Of a stretch of 64,000 nucleotides of DNA, positions 53,260 to 62,642 are shown in pieces (position 1 is the first letter of the stretch; every line of letters starts with the position of its first letter). The notes under the pieces were generated by a model. That model was given only the letters and a program-made list of their open reading frames with translations. It had not been told where the DNA came from and did no database searches. Where the stretch lies: positions 1 to 64,000 of IMG/VR virus record IMGVR_UViG_3300049811_000692; one strand, written 5' to 3'. The position numbers were made by a program, and so were the translations under genes. The stretch comes from a virus.

Positions 53260-54399
53260 ATGACGCTCCGCCTTCGCTTCCCCACCCTCTTCTTCCCCTC
53301 ATCTGGCGCCGTCATCGAGCTGGCTGGCGCCGCGACCGCCTCGGGCGTCGCCGCCGGCGTCGTCCGCCCTGGTGCGCGGCTTGCTGGCGCCGCGACCGCC
53401 TCGGGCGTCGCCGCCGGTAATCTCCGGCCCGGCTCGCAGCTCGCGGGCGCCGCAACCGCGTCGGGCGTCGCCACCGGCGCCGTCCGGCCTGGTGCGCGGC
53501 TGGCTGGCGCCGGGACGGCCTCGGGTATCGCCGCAGGTGCCGTCCGGCCCGGCGCGCAGCTCGCGGGCGCCGCCGTCGCCGCGGCCAGCGCCACCGGCGA
53601 CCTGGCCGCGGGCCAGGCCGACCTCGCTGGCGCCGCGACCGCCTCGGGCGTCGCCACCGGCGTCGTCAGGCCTGGCGCGCGCCTTGCGGGCGCGGCCATC
53701 GCCGCTGCCAGCGCGACCGGCGATCTCGTCTCGACTCAGGCGGCCCTCGCCGGCGCCGCAACCGCCTCGGGCGTCGCCACCGGCGCGCTTCGCCCCGGCG
53801 CGCGGCTCGCGGGCGCCGCGACCAGCGCCGGCACGGCGGCGGGGCAGCTCCTCACGACGCCGGCCGGCTTGGCCGGCACCGCCACAGGATCCGGCGTCGC
53901 CGCAGGTGAGCTGCGCCCGGGCGTGCGCCTGGCCGGCGCGGCCGCCGCCACCGCGGTCGCGGACAGCGAAGTCCAGGTTGGGGCGCGCCTTGCCGCCACC
54001 GCCGCGGCCAGTGGCGTGGCCGCCGGCTCGCTCGCGGGTGTGGGCGCGCAGATGGCGGCCGCGGCGACCGCGACCGGCGTCGCCGCCGGCACGCTGCGCC
54101 GAGGCGTCGCGCTCGAGGGGGCTGCCACCGGCAGCGGGATCGCGGCCGGGTCCGTGCGAGTCGGTGTGCGGCTCGATGCCGAGGCCCTGGCGGCGCTGCA
54201 GGCGCTCGGGAACCTCCGCTCCGGCGCGCGCCTGGCCGGCGCCGCCACCGGCACGGCGACGGGCTTCTGCTCCTGGGGCCTCATCCCCCCGCCGCCTGAG
54301 ATCTGGCTCAACCCGCACGTCACGCTGGCGCCGGCCGCCACCGTGCGGACAGAACAGAAGAGGGCCGCGCTCGTCAGCGTTCGCCTCGAGGCTAGGTAG
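53260..54399 (+). CDS. Ala/Gly-rich fibre-shaft protein with ~20-aa repeats
   Basis: About 16 copies of LAGAATASGVA.G..RPGAR; 60-bp period from about 53319 to 54265. Confidence 0.8.
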   Translation: MTLRLRFPTLFFPSSGAVIELAGAATASGVAAGVVRPGARLAGAATASGVAAGNLRPGSQLAGAATASGVATGAVRPGARLAGAGTASGIAAGAVRPGAQLAGAAVAAASATGDLAAGQADLAGAATASGVATGVVRPGARLAGAAIAAASATGDLVSTQAALAGAATASGVATGALRPGARLAGAATSAGTAAGQLLTTPAGLAGTATGSGVAAGELRPGVRLAGAAAATAVADSEVQVGARLAATAAASGVAAGSLAGVGAQMAAAATATGVAAGTLRRGVALEGAATGSGIAAGSVRVGVRLDAEALAALQALGNLRSGARLAGAATGTATGFCSWGLIPPPPEIWLNPHVTLAPAATVRTEQKRAALVSVRLEAR

Positions 54400-54407
54400 G
54401 AGCGAAG

Positions 54408-54683
54408 ATGATCGTCGGAGACACCATGCGAGTGCGGGTCGCCTTCCTCGACCAGGAAGGCCGCGCCATGGCGGCCTCGGGAATCGAGGTCCGGGTGAAG
54501 CCGCCGGCGGGCGGCGCGCAGATCTATCCGGCCGAGAGCCTGTCGCAGCCCGAGCCCGGAGTCGTTGTGTTCGACGTCGTGGCCCTGACGGCAGGGACCT
54601 ACGTGGCGCGCGCGAGCTGCACAGGCCCCGTGGCGGCGGCCGTCGAGACTTCGTGGGAGGTCGCCGCGTCGGCAGTCCTATGA
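54408..54683 (+). CDS. Small Ig-like virion protein
   Basis: AGGAG RBS; GDT.R.RV.F.D, V.PP.G, AGTY. Confidence 0.65.
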   Translation: MIVGDTMRVRVAFLDQEGRAMAASGIEVRVKPPAGGAQIYPAESLSQPEPGVVVFDVVALTAGTYVARASCTGPVAAAVETSWEVAASAVL

Positions 54684-54742
54684 CCGCCCTGGACAACCAG
54701 GGCGGGCATACCGCCAAGCTCCTGAGAGAGCAGGAGCCATCC

Positions 54743-55012
54743 ATGGGGGAGTACGATCGCGAGTTGGGCAAGATCACGGGGCGGCTCGATGCCATCGACG
54801 CCCACCTCCGTGACGTGCTCGACGAGCTGCGCCGGGAGCGCGAAGCGCGGGTGGCGACGGCCCAGCGGCTCGCGGCCCTGGAGGCGAGCGGGAAGCTCAG
54901 CGGCGGCGGCGGCGCGCCGGGCGCGGGGCACACGGTCGTCGGCGCGGTGCTGATCCTGCTCGGCGCCGGCGTGGCGTGGATCACGAAGTTCTTGGTGGCG
55001 GGAGCTGGATGA
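54743..55012 (+). CDS. Coiled-coil plus C-terminal TM protein (lysis-region type)
   Basis: AGGAG RBS; RL.ALE followed by a hydrophobic helix. Confidence 0.65.
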   Translation: MGEYDRELGKITGRLDAIDAHLRDVLDELRREREARVATAQRLAALEASGKLSGGGGAPGAGHTVVGAVLILLGAGVAWITKFLVAGAG

Positions 55013-55260
55013 TGCTGGACATTCTGATGCGCGAGCTGGGGCGGATGACCCGGGAGCAGAGCACCTGGACGGGTGTGGCGCTGCTCGCGATCATCATGCT
55101 GCTGCTCAAGGTGGTCTGGGGCGTGTCGGGCGACGAGGTGGCCCGCGAGGTGGCGGGCTTCGCCGCGGCGCTGGGAGGCCTCGCCGGCCTCGCCAAGATC
55201 ATCCTGCCCGACCGGGCCGCCCCGCCGCCCCAGAACGAAAAACCCCCCACCGCCGGTTAG
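55009..55260 (+). CDS. Putative holin (2 TM)
   Basis: E.STW.G.ALL...I.LPD; dual Met start; last late gene. Confidence 0.6.
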   Translation: MMLDILMRELGRMTREQSTWTGVALLAIIMLLLKVVWGVSGDEVAREVAGFAAALGGLAGLAKIILPDRAAPPPQNEKPPTAG

Positions 55261-55272
55261 GGCGATGGGGGG
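55238..55272 (-). terminator. Intrinsic terminator at the convergence of late and leftward genes
   Basis: A5 tract then ccccccaccgcc-ggttag-ggcgatgggggg. Confidence 0.65.
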
Positions 55273-55279
55273 GGTGGGC

Positions 55280-55930
55280 TCAGGAGGCCTTTCGGCGTCC
55301 TGCTAGAACGTCGAGCCGCGCGATGGCGGAATCGACCTTCTTGATGAGGGCGTCCCTCTTGCCGAGGAACTCCTTGGAGAGCGCCTCGAGCTCGGTCTTG
55401 AGGGCGGTCACTTCGGCGCGCATGCCGGCGACCTCGGGATCCACGCGGATCGGCCCGTAGGCCGCCTCGCGGATCGTCGCGACCCAGGACCAGGGGAGGT
55501 TGAGTTCCCCGCCGATCTTCTGGTCGCTGTAGCCATCCAAGTAGCAGCCGGCGTCGTCGTCGAAGACGGCGTCGAGCTTCTGCCGGATTTGGAGGCGCTG
55601 CGCGCCGGATGGATTCCGCTCGGCGGGCGGGTTGGTGTTGGCGGCCACGGGGGCCTCCTCAGTTAGGGGTTGTGTGGAAGGTGCTGCGTCACCGTGCGCG
55701 CGGAGAGCGCGGGCGGCTTGGCAGGCTGGGCAGCGGGCGTCGGAGGCGCGATTGGGGTGGGCAAGCCACCCTTGCTTCACGGCCTTCTTCGCCATGGTCT
55801 CGGGGTTCATGGGCCCGTAAGGGATCCGAACATCGAGGGTTGTCCCGCAATCGTTGCAGGTGAAACGAGCGATGGGCACGAACCGCCCACCGTCCGCCTG
55901 GACGCTGCCCTTCTCAAAGCCAAGGGCCAT
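55280..55930 (-). CDS. Hypothetical protein (CxxC/CxxC, HTH-like, coiled coil)
   Basis: CNDCG...CPAC; Y..GYSD..I..EL.LP..WV..IRE..YGP. Confidence 0.75.
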   Translation of the reverse strand: MALGFEKGSVQADGGRFVPIARFTCNDCGTTLDVRIPYGPMNPETMAKKAVKQGWLAHPNRASDARCPACQAARALRAHGDAAPSTQPLTEEAPVAANTNPPAERNPSGAQRLQIRQKLDAVFDDDAGCYLDGYSDQKIGGELNLPWSWVATIREAAYGPIRVDPEVAGMRAEVTALKTELEALSKEFLGKRDALIKKVDSAIARLDVLAGRRKAS

Positions 55931-55975
55931 GTGAGAGGGCTCCATGTTGCCGGGCCAATTCCCGGACAACGGCCC

Positions 55976-56004
55976 ATTATACCACACTTAAATGTGATTG
56001 ACAC
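55976..56004 (-). promoter_or_regulatory. Leftward promoter GTGTCA-N17-TATAAT with CACA-N6-TGTG operator in the spacer
   Basis: Perfect -10 with extended TG in an AT-rich gap of a GC-rich genome. Confidence 0.7.
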
Positions 56005-56011
56005 ACATCAA

Positions 56012-56212
56012 TCAGCGCGCCCGCCGGGGCGGCGGGGTCGTCGCCACGCAGGCCGCCGGGAACCAGAGGCGGTCGCGGGCGAGGGTCAGCTCGACCGCCT
56101 GATGGGCCGCGAGGCAGCTCTCGGCCGCGGTCTCCCGGACCTGGCACTCGAGGCGCACCCCGCTGGCAGGGGGCTGGCAGACGTAGAAGAGGAGGACGAA
56201 GACGGCTGTCAT
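56012..56212 (-). CDS. Small exported Cys-containing protein
   Basis: MTAVFVLLFYVC...C...SC...C. Confidence 0.55.
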   Translation of the reverse strand: MTAVFVLLFYVCQPPASGVRLECQVRETAAESCLAAHQAVELTLARDRLWFPAACVATTPPPRRAR

Positions 56213-56281
56213 TGGGCGACCCCACCACACATCTCGATGTGCGTAAAGTCAGGGAAGGGAATCGGCGGGGCGCCGGATCGA

Positions 56282-56433
<152 letters not shown>

Positions 56434-57484
56434 CTTCCGCCGCCACCCGCGCCTCGGCCGCCCGCTCGAACTGCTCGGGCGTGAAGCGGACGTACCGCCG
56501 GCGCATCTGGGGCGTCTTGTGGCCCCCGTGGCTGCTCAGCCCGATCTCATCCGCCCCCGAATCCGCCAGCTCCGTCAGCCCGGTCGCCCGCAGGTCCCGG
56601 AACTGCAGGTCGTCCGGCACGCCAGCCGCCTTGGCGACCTCCCGGAAGACGTGTCGGAAGTGGTCCTGGCGCCAGGGGCGCTTCGTCGCCTCGCAGATCA
56701 CGACCTGCACGCCCGTCCGGGGCGTCGCAGCGAGCGCGGCGGCGAGGTCGGGGTAGGCGCCGGCCACCAAGGGGATGACCTCGCCCGTCTTGCGGGTCCC
56801 CACCTGGCGCTGGTCGAGCGCGGTCCACGTCAGGCCGATCACGTCGCCCTGGCGCAGGGTCGCCCGCCAGGAGAGCAGCACCGCCAGCGCCATGCTCGGC
56901 CAGCCCATCTCCCGCGCCGCGGCGATCACCGCCTCGATCTGCTCGGCGCTCCAGCGCTGCTTGCGGGAGGCGATGCCCTGAAGCTCCATCCGGGCCCAGG
57001 GGTTGTCCCGCCGGTCCACATGGTCCCGCCGGCCGCCCCAGTTCCACACCCGCCGCGCGTACCGGCAGGCGTAGTGCGCGGTTGCCTTCCCGTGGTCGAG
57101 GCACAGGGCCTCGTACAGCCGATCCGCGTGGCGCGGCTTGAGGGCGCCCGCCGGGAAGCCGCCCAGCGCCACGCCCCCGACCGGCAGGCCGCATAGCAGC
57201 CGGCCCAGCCACAGGTAGTCCTTCTTCGTGGAGGGGGCGAGGCGCCCGAATCGCTCATCCTGCTCGAACAGCGTGAACAGCCAGCGCACCGAGCCCGGTG
57301 CCGGCCCTTGGCCCTTCTGCAGCTCTGCGTTGATCTGCCGCGCCAGCGCCCAGGCGACCGTCTGATCGGCGCCGAGCGCCCGAGGCTTCATCTGGCCCCG
57401 GAGCTGCCGGGGCGGCTCCCAGAACCAGCGGCCCTTCCTCTGGATGGTGTGGGGTGGGCGGTCGGTCTCGCTCATCGGTCCCCC

Positions 57485-57730
57485 TCAGCGGAGGCCGAGC
57501 GCCCGATCCAGGAGGCGCTCGGCGCCCTCCACGGTAGCCCCGGGACCATGGGGGGTGTCCAGGGCACGCTCCACTGCCGCCCGGCTCCAGCGCGCCCGGA
57601 GGTCGTCAGGAGACACCCCCCAGAGCGGCATTGGGAGCTGCCCCTCCTGCATGCGCGCATGCAGCTCCTTCGCCGTCACCTGGAGGTGCCGGAGCAGCTG
57701 CGCGCGCGTGAAGGTGCCGGGTGTCTCCAT
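57485..57730 (-). CDS. xis: Putative excisionase (AlpA-like HTH)
   Basis: Small ORF directly upstream of int; G.LP.P...RW.R..V...LD. Confidence 0.65.
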   Translation of the reverse strand: METPGTFTRAQLLRHLQVTAKELHARMQEGQLPMPLWGVSPDDLRARWSRAAVERALDTPHGPGATVEGAERLLDRALGLR

Positions 57731-58323
57731 CAGGCCGAGAGCTGGAACACCAGATCGAGCGGCAGGGGCTCGTCGCCGCTGTACCTCATGCCCATGCGCC
57801 GAGGTCGGGGCACGACCCGTTCCGCCTCCCGCGCCAGATCGGCGGCGGCCCGCCAGGACGAGATGGTGTTCGTCTTGGCGTGCTCCGCGCAAAACAGCCG
57901 CCGCGGCGACCCCGTGGGGGCGTCGCAGTACCGCTGGTAGAGCGGGTCGCGCCGCCCCGCCTCGCCCCACAGAGGATGCCGGCAGCAGCCCTCGCCGCGC
58001 GTGGCGATGGCCGTCGGCGCGCGCGGCGGCGGCGAAGCGAGCGGCGGGGGCGCGGTAGGCCCCCGGGCCGCCGGCGCCGTCCGCGCGGGCGCCCTTGTGG
58101 CGGCGTTGGCGCCTTGCTCGCGCCCCTTCCGGCGCAGCGTTCCCCGGATGTGGCCCTTGAACTGCCCGCGGCACGGGAGGCCAAGCCGCCGCGCGCGGCC
58201 GGCCACCGTTCCGGGGGAGATGCCCATCGCCAGACCGATGGTCGTGATCGTGTGCGAGGGATCGTTCCACAGCCTGGCGAAGCGATCGATCATCTCCGCC
58301 GGCCAGGGCTTCGGCGCGCCCAT
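57730..58323 (-). CDS. GcrA-family regulator
   Basis: W..E....F..LW.....I...MGIS..TV.GRARRLGL; C-terminal CR.PLW....YC.....FC.EH. Confidence 0.8.
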   Translation of the reverse strand: MGAPKPWPAEMIDRFARLWNDPSHTITTIGLAMGISPGTVAGRARRLGLPCRGQFKGHIRGTLRRKGREQGANAATRAPARTAPAARGPTAPPPLASPPPRAPTAIATRGEGCCRHPLWGEAGRRDPLYQRYCDAPTGSPRRLFCAEHAKTNTISSWRAAADLAREAERVVPRPRRMGMRYSGDEPLPLDLVFQLSA

Positions 58324-59294
58324 CAGCGCAGCGGCGAGGGGGCCGTGCCGTGGAAGATCGGCGTCGTCTCGCCGACCGTCTCCCGGACCACTCGCACCAC
58401 GTCCGCGAAGGCCGCCTTGAGGGTGAGGTCCGGCCGGTGCAGGAGCGGCGCGAAGAACAGCCCGCCTCCCTGGGCCCGGAAGCGCAGCCGCACCGCGATG
58501 GTGAAGGGCGGCGCCCCCTCAAACACGGGGATGGCCAGGAGGAAGGCCCGCGGGATGCGAACCAGATCCTTGCCGCCGAGCTTGTTGGTGTAGGTCGCCT
58601 CCTCCTCGCCGGTCGAGAGGTTGGTCTTGCCGCCGTAGGTCTGGTCGGACGTCACCTCGAGATCGGCCGCCAGCTGGCGCAGCTGGGCGTGGTCCGCGAA
58701 GGCGACGGCGCCCACCGCCTGCAGGGTGACCTTCAGGCGCTCGGCCTCGTCGGCGCTCGGGGCGAAGATGTCGGCGTAGCGGTCCTCGATCAGCGCAGCG
58801 AAGGTGGCCTGCCCCACGTACTGGCCCGAGGCCTTCGTCCAGAACTGCCAGCTCTCGGAGAGGGTGAGGGGCAGGAACGCGCGGTACTCCTGCCAGCGCG
58901 GGCCGATCGAGTCGAGCTCGGCGAGGTCGGCGCCGGACGGCGCGTGGTCGATGATCGCCGTGAGGCCGGGCTTGCCCTCGTCCGTGTAGATCACGCTGTC
59001 CTCGTCGCGCTGCCGCACCACCCAGGCCGCGAAGCAGGCCGGGTTGTGCAGCACCGTCGTGCCGCGCATGGCGTCGGGGGCCAGGCCGGCCTTCTCGATC
59101 TCGGCGGTGACGTTCTTCACCTGCTGGTCGGCGCGCGCGACCAGGAAGCTTGCGTTGTCCACCTGCATGAAGCGCGGCGCCATGTGGCGCTCCGCGAAAG
59201 CGAGGGTCGCCTTCACGGCCAGGGGCGCCTGATCGGCCAGGGCGCCGCTGGTGTCGTCCTCGTTGAGGGGCTCGGTGACGTCGGTGGTGTTCAT
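58323..59294 (-). CDS. DUF2303 (YfdQ) family protein
   Basis: RGT..L....F, AIIDH, S..W..W, Q..FA.LIED, IP..F.L.IPVF.G, RLRFR. Confidence 0.85.
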   Translation of the reverse strand: MNTTDVTEPLNEDDTSGALADQAPLAVKATLAFAERHMAPRFMQVDNASFLVARADQQVKNVTAEIEKAGLAPDAMRGTTVLHNPACFAAWVVRQRDEDSVIYTDEGKPGLTAIIDHAPSGADLAELDSIGPRWQEYRAFLPLTLSESWQFWTKASGQYVGQATFAALIEDRYADIFAPSADEAERLKVTLQAVGAVAFADHAQLRQLAADLEVTSDQTYGGKTNLSTGEEEATYTNKLGGKDLVRIPRAFLLAIPVFEGAPPFTIAVRLRFRAQGGGLFFAPLLHRPDLTLKAAFADVVRVVRETVGETTPIFHGTAPSPLR

Positions 59295-59331
59295 GCTGCT
59301 CTCTCTGGGTTGAGGGGGTGAGGGACGGCGC

Positions 59332-59676
59332 TCAGCCGCCGTCCACGATGCGGGCGCGCTGCGTCGCCTCGACCACGCGCAGCTCCATCTCGGTCTGGCG
59401 CGGGTCCTTGCGGGTGAGGTTGTTGTCCGGCGTCGCGTACATGATCGTCGCCGCCGGCGTGATCTTCGGGGTCTTCACGTCGATGTCCGTGCCGACCTCG
59501 ATCGCACCCGAGCGCTTCGCGAGCGTGAGGGTGAGCTTGATCTTGGCGACCGGCGCCTTGGCGGTTCGGCCGTCCGCGTTCTCGACGGAGGCGACCGCCT
59601 CGGTCAGCGAGTCGTTGAGGCGCCCGAGCACCTCGCCGTAGCCGAGCTCGCGCAGGAAAGTGACGAAGTCAGGCAT
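59332..59676 (-). CDS. YfdP-like protein (partner of DUF2303)
   Basis: I.LTLTL, K.PK....TIMYATPDNNLTR.DPRQ.EM.L. Confidence 0.75.
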   Translation of the reverse strand: MPDFVTFLRELGYGEVLGRLNDSLTEAVASVENADGRTAKAPVAKIKLTLTLAKRSGAIEVGTDIDVKTPKITPAATIMYATPDNNLTRKDPRQTEMELRVVEATQRARIVDGG

Positions 59677-59986
59677 CGCTCCACTCCAAAATGGCCCTCA
59701 TGGCCGGGTTGATGGACACGCACACACGCGCGTGGCGGCGACGGGAGGCGCAAATCCAGGCGCCCTCCGCGAGGCAGAACGGCGTCTCGCCCAGGATGAG
59801 CGTCCGCTCGGGCGCCCCCCGCGTGCGGATCCGGAAGACCATGAGCTTCGGGTCCAGCTCATCGAGCCGCTCGAACTGCATGTCGTGCTGCTGGCCGCCC
59901 GCGCGGTAGGACATGCGGTGCCCGGGCTTGATCGCCTGGCACTTCCAGCCGTGCTGCGGGGGCGAGGGAGGGCGCCGGTCAGTCAC
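59669..59986 (-). CDS. Hypothetical protein
   Basis: Coupled ORF in the leftward operon. Confidence 0.55.
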   Translation of the reverse strand: MTDRRPPSPPQHGWKCQAIKPGHRMSYRAGGQQHDMQFERLDELDPKLMVFRIRTRGAPERTLILGETPFCLAEGAWICASRRRHARVCVSINPAMRAILEWSDA

Positions 59987-60179
59987 GGCTCATCGCGATC
60001 GTCTTGGCGCGGAAGGCCTCGCGGGCCTCCTTCAGCATGCGGTCGAGGATCTCGCCCGGCACGCCCGCCACGGCGGCGCGCTCGGCCGCGGCCACCATGG
60101 AGCGCCGGCACGACAGGATCGCGCGCGACAGGCGCCCCTGCTCGCTCTCGCGGATCGAGAGCTCCTGCATCGGCCCCAT
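59979..60179 (-). CDS. Hypothetical protein
   Basis: TGATG coupling, GGGAG RBS. Confidence 0.55.
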   Translation of the reverse strand: MGPMQELSIRESEQGRLSRAILSCRRSMVAAAERAAVAGVPGEILDRMLKEAREAFRAKTIAMSRD

Positions 60180-60541
60180 CAGACGCGGCTCCCTTGGCGC
60201 TGGTTGGCCTGGAAGGTCCGCCACACCTCGATCCGGAGCTCGTGGTAGCGGCGCATGTGCTGCAGCGTGACCTTGCGCGTGATGGCCTCCTCCCGGGCTT
60301 TCAGCGCGCGCTCGTAGGCGGCGCTGGTGAGGCCCTCGGCCTCGCGCCGGTCCTGCGAGCGCTCCTCGGAGGTCAGGACCACCGAGGCGCGGACGCGCCG
60401 CAGGTTGTCCTCGGCCGTCTCGACCAGGGCGACGGCGCGCGCCGCCTCCTCGGCGGTGGAGAGCAGGTACTCGAGGCTCTCCTCCACGTCCTGCTCGTCC
60501 ACGGCGTCGCGGATGACGCGGCCCGGCTGGTCACGCGGCAT
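60179..60541 (-). CDS. Coiled-coil recombination-module protein
   Basis: REAE.L.S..Y...IEVWRT.QAN.R; immediately after ERF. Confidence 0.7.
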   Translation of the reverse strand: MPRDQPGRVIRDAVDEQDVEESLEYLLSTAEEAARAVALVETAEDNLRRVRASVVLTSEERSQDRREAEGLTSAAYERALKAREEAITRKVTLQHMRRYHELRIEVWRTFQANQRQGSRV

Positions 60542-61319
60542 CGGGCACCTCCGGCCACGTCACGCCCTCGATCGCCGGCGGGGCATCGCCCACCAGCGCG
60601 ACGTAGGAATCGAAGACGCTCCCGATGTGGACGTCCGACATGACCTGCAGCCACGCAGCGCGCTTTCGGAGCGCCTCCTCGGCCTTCTCCGCCTCACGCA
60701 TCTCCAGGCGGAGCTTCTGGACCATCTCGTGCGGCCGCGGCTCTGCCTTCTCGGCCTCGGGCGCCGCGTCGGCGGCCCCGGCCGGCTCGGGTGCGACGGC
60801 CCGGGCGCGCGGCTTGACGACCTTGGGCTTGCTGGCCTGGGCCGCGCGCGCGATGCCCCCATCGTCCTCCTCGTCCTGTGGCGCGAGGCCCAGGAAGAGC
60901 GCCAGGCCGTAGCGGCGCATGTAGGTCAGGCGCGAGCCGGCCACCTGGGGGTCGGGATCGACCGGCAGCGCGAAGGGCAGCGCCCCGCAGCGCCACTGGC
61001 CGCTCTCGACGTGGGTGAGGCGGGTGACCATCAGGCCGGTGCGCTGGCCGACGATCAGCACGTCCTGCTCGAGCAGCAGGCCCTCCGCGACGAGTGCCGG
61101 CTCGACGGCGGTCAGGTGTGCGGTCAGGTCGGCGTAGCGGTAGGTCCCCTGGGGCGCGCCCGTCTGGTCGTCGATCGAGACGCCGACGGCGCCACGCCGG
61201 ATCGGCTGGAACGCCGCCTTCGCCCGCATGAGGGCGGGGAGCAGCTTCTCCTGCTCGCGGCTCTGGCGCTGCCCGAAGTCAGACAGCGGCAGGGTCATCG
61301 GGAGGAAGGCCTCAGACAT
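60531..61319 (-). CDS. erf: ERF-family single-strand annealing protein
   Basis: YRYADL, GL...Q, TRLTH.ESGQW, DPQ..GS..TYMRRY.L...LGLA...EDDG. Confidence 0.9.
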   Translation of the reverse strand: MSEAFLPMTLPLSDFGQRQSREQEKLLPALMRAKAAFQPIRRGAVGVSIDDQTGAPQGTYRYADLTAHLTAVEPALVAEGLLLEQDVLIVGQRTGLMVTRLTHVESGQWRCGALPFALPVDPDPQVAGSRLTYMRRYGLALFLGLAPQDEEDDGGIARAAQASKPKVVKPRARAVAPEPAGAADAAPEAEKAEPRPHEMVQKLRLEMREAEKAEEALRKRAAWLQVMSDVHIGSVFDSYVALVGDAPPAIEGVTWPEVPDAA

Positions 61320-61677
61320 GGCCGTTGCCCCCGAACAGCGGGGCGGTGGCCGTGCCGCGCGGGAGCGGGCGGCTCCGGTCGTTCGGCCGCGCCTTCAGCC
61401 CGAGGGTGGAGGTCGCCCGGTAGTAGATCGAGGCGTGGGAGCGCCCGAGGATGCGGGCGATCTCCTCGATCGGCTTCTCCTCGCCCCACAGCTTGGCGAG
61501 CAGCTCGTCATCCGCAGGCAGGAAGTGCCGGCGGGTGGCGGGCGGGGGCCTGGGGGCGGCGGCCTCGGTCTCGGCGGCGAGGATCTGCAGCGCCATGCGC
61601 AGCCCCTTCGCGACATCGGCGTGGCCGAGCTCCTCGGACGTCTCGGCGGCGAGGCGGATCTTCTCGCTGGCCTGCAT
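61312..61677 (-). CDS. Small HTH protein (GcrA/Myb-like)
   Basis: DDELL.KLW......EIA..LGRS..SI..RA...LGL. Confidence 0.7.
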   Translation of the reverse strand: MQASEKIRLAAETSEELGHADVAKGLRMALQILAAETEAAAPRPPPATRRHFLPADDELLAKLWGEEKPIEEIARILGRSHASIYYRATSTLGLKARPNDRSRPLPRGTATAPLFGGNGHV

Positions 61678-62579
61678 CAGGCGGCCTCCTCTGTCGCGGC
61701 CTTCAAGGGCCGCACGGTGATCGCGTTGCTCTTGGAGGCCGTGACTTCGACGCCGTGGCCGTAGGCGCGCTTGATGCCCTCGGGGAGCAGGCCCTTCAGC
61801 TCGCCGTGCGCCTGATCGTAGGCCTCCTTCATGGGGAGCGCCTCGAGGAAGCGCCCGGCTGCATCGGCCCAGGCGTTGCTCAGCGCCATGTCCTGCTCGC
61901 CCTGGCGCACCGGCACGACCTTGATGGTGCGCTTGGCGAGCGCCACAGGCTCGGTGCGCTCGCCCGACTGGACCGAGGCCCAGAACGCCTCCTCGGCGCG
62001 GATCAGGTCGGCGAGCAGGTCGAGATCCTGGCCGACCTCGAACACCTCGAAGCGCAGCGTCCCGAAGAGGACGCACAGGTAGGCGACCTCGGCCTTGGCG
62101 CAGTGCATCTCGTGCTGGAGCTGCGCGGCGCCGTACTTGTCCACGACCTCCTGGTCCTTGGTCCAGGCGTTGACGTGCTTCGCCTGCAGCACTGCGCGGC
62201 GGCCCTTGCCGTCGTCGTCGAGCCAGCCGTCGAGGGTGGCCGCCATCCAGGGGCGCCGGGTGTCGCGCACCCGCTCGCCGCGGCGGGTGACGGTCCAGCC
62301 GTTCTGCTTGGCGCCCCAGGCGAGGATGAAGGCCTCGGTCCAGAGGCCGAGCTGGACGTAGATCAGGTTCGACAGGTCGTCGGGCTCGCGCTCGCCGCGC
62401 TTCACGGCGCGGAGCTTGCCGACCTCCTTGGGGTCGCCCTTGTAGATCACCGTGGCGTCGGAGCCGCCGATGAAGTTCCGCCGAGCGAGGATGTCTTCGG
62501 GCGTCAGGCCGAAGAGGGGGAGCCGCGCGAGCTTGCCGTCATCCGTGAAGCCGAGAGCGCGACAGGTTGCTGGGTCCAT
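61677..62579 (-). CDS. YqaJ/lambda-exonuclease family recombination nuclease
   Basis: RR.FIGGSDA, WMAATLDG, LQAKH, QLQH.M, E..FW..V. Confidence 0.88.
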   Translation of the reverse strand: MDPATCRALGFTDDGKLARLPLFGLTPEDILARRNFIGGSDATVIYKGDPKEVGKLRAVKRGEREPDDLSNLIYVQLGLWTEAFILAWGAKQNGWTVTRRGERVRDTRRPWMAATLDGWLDDDGKGRRAVLQAKHVNAWTKDQEVVDKYGAAQLQHEMHCAKAEVAYLCVLFGTLRFEVFEVGQDLDLLADLIRAEEAFWASVQSGERTEPVALAKRTIKVVPVRQGEQDMALSNAWADAAGRFLEALPMKEAYDQAHGELKGLLPEGIKRAYGHGVEVTASKSNAITVRPLKAATEEAA

Positions 62580-62614
62580 CGTGGACACCTCTGTGAGGGG
62601 GTGGCGATGACCGG

Positions 62615-62642
62615 TGTTTATCACAGCAGAATGTGAGCGCAA
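62615..62642 (-). promoter_or_regulatory. Leftward early promoter (-35 TTGCGC) with operator TCACA-N6-TGTGA between -35 and -10
   Basis: Minus strand TTGCGC-tcacattctgctgtga-TAAACA upstream of the recombination operon. Confidence 0.65.

Noticed and set aside
53319-54265. CRISPR-like array
   Set aside because: Contiguous degenerate 60-bp coding repeats without unique spacers; no cas genes.
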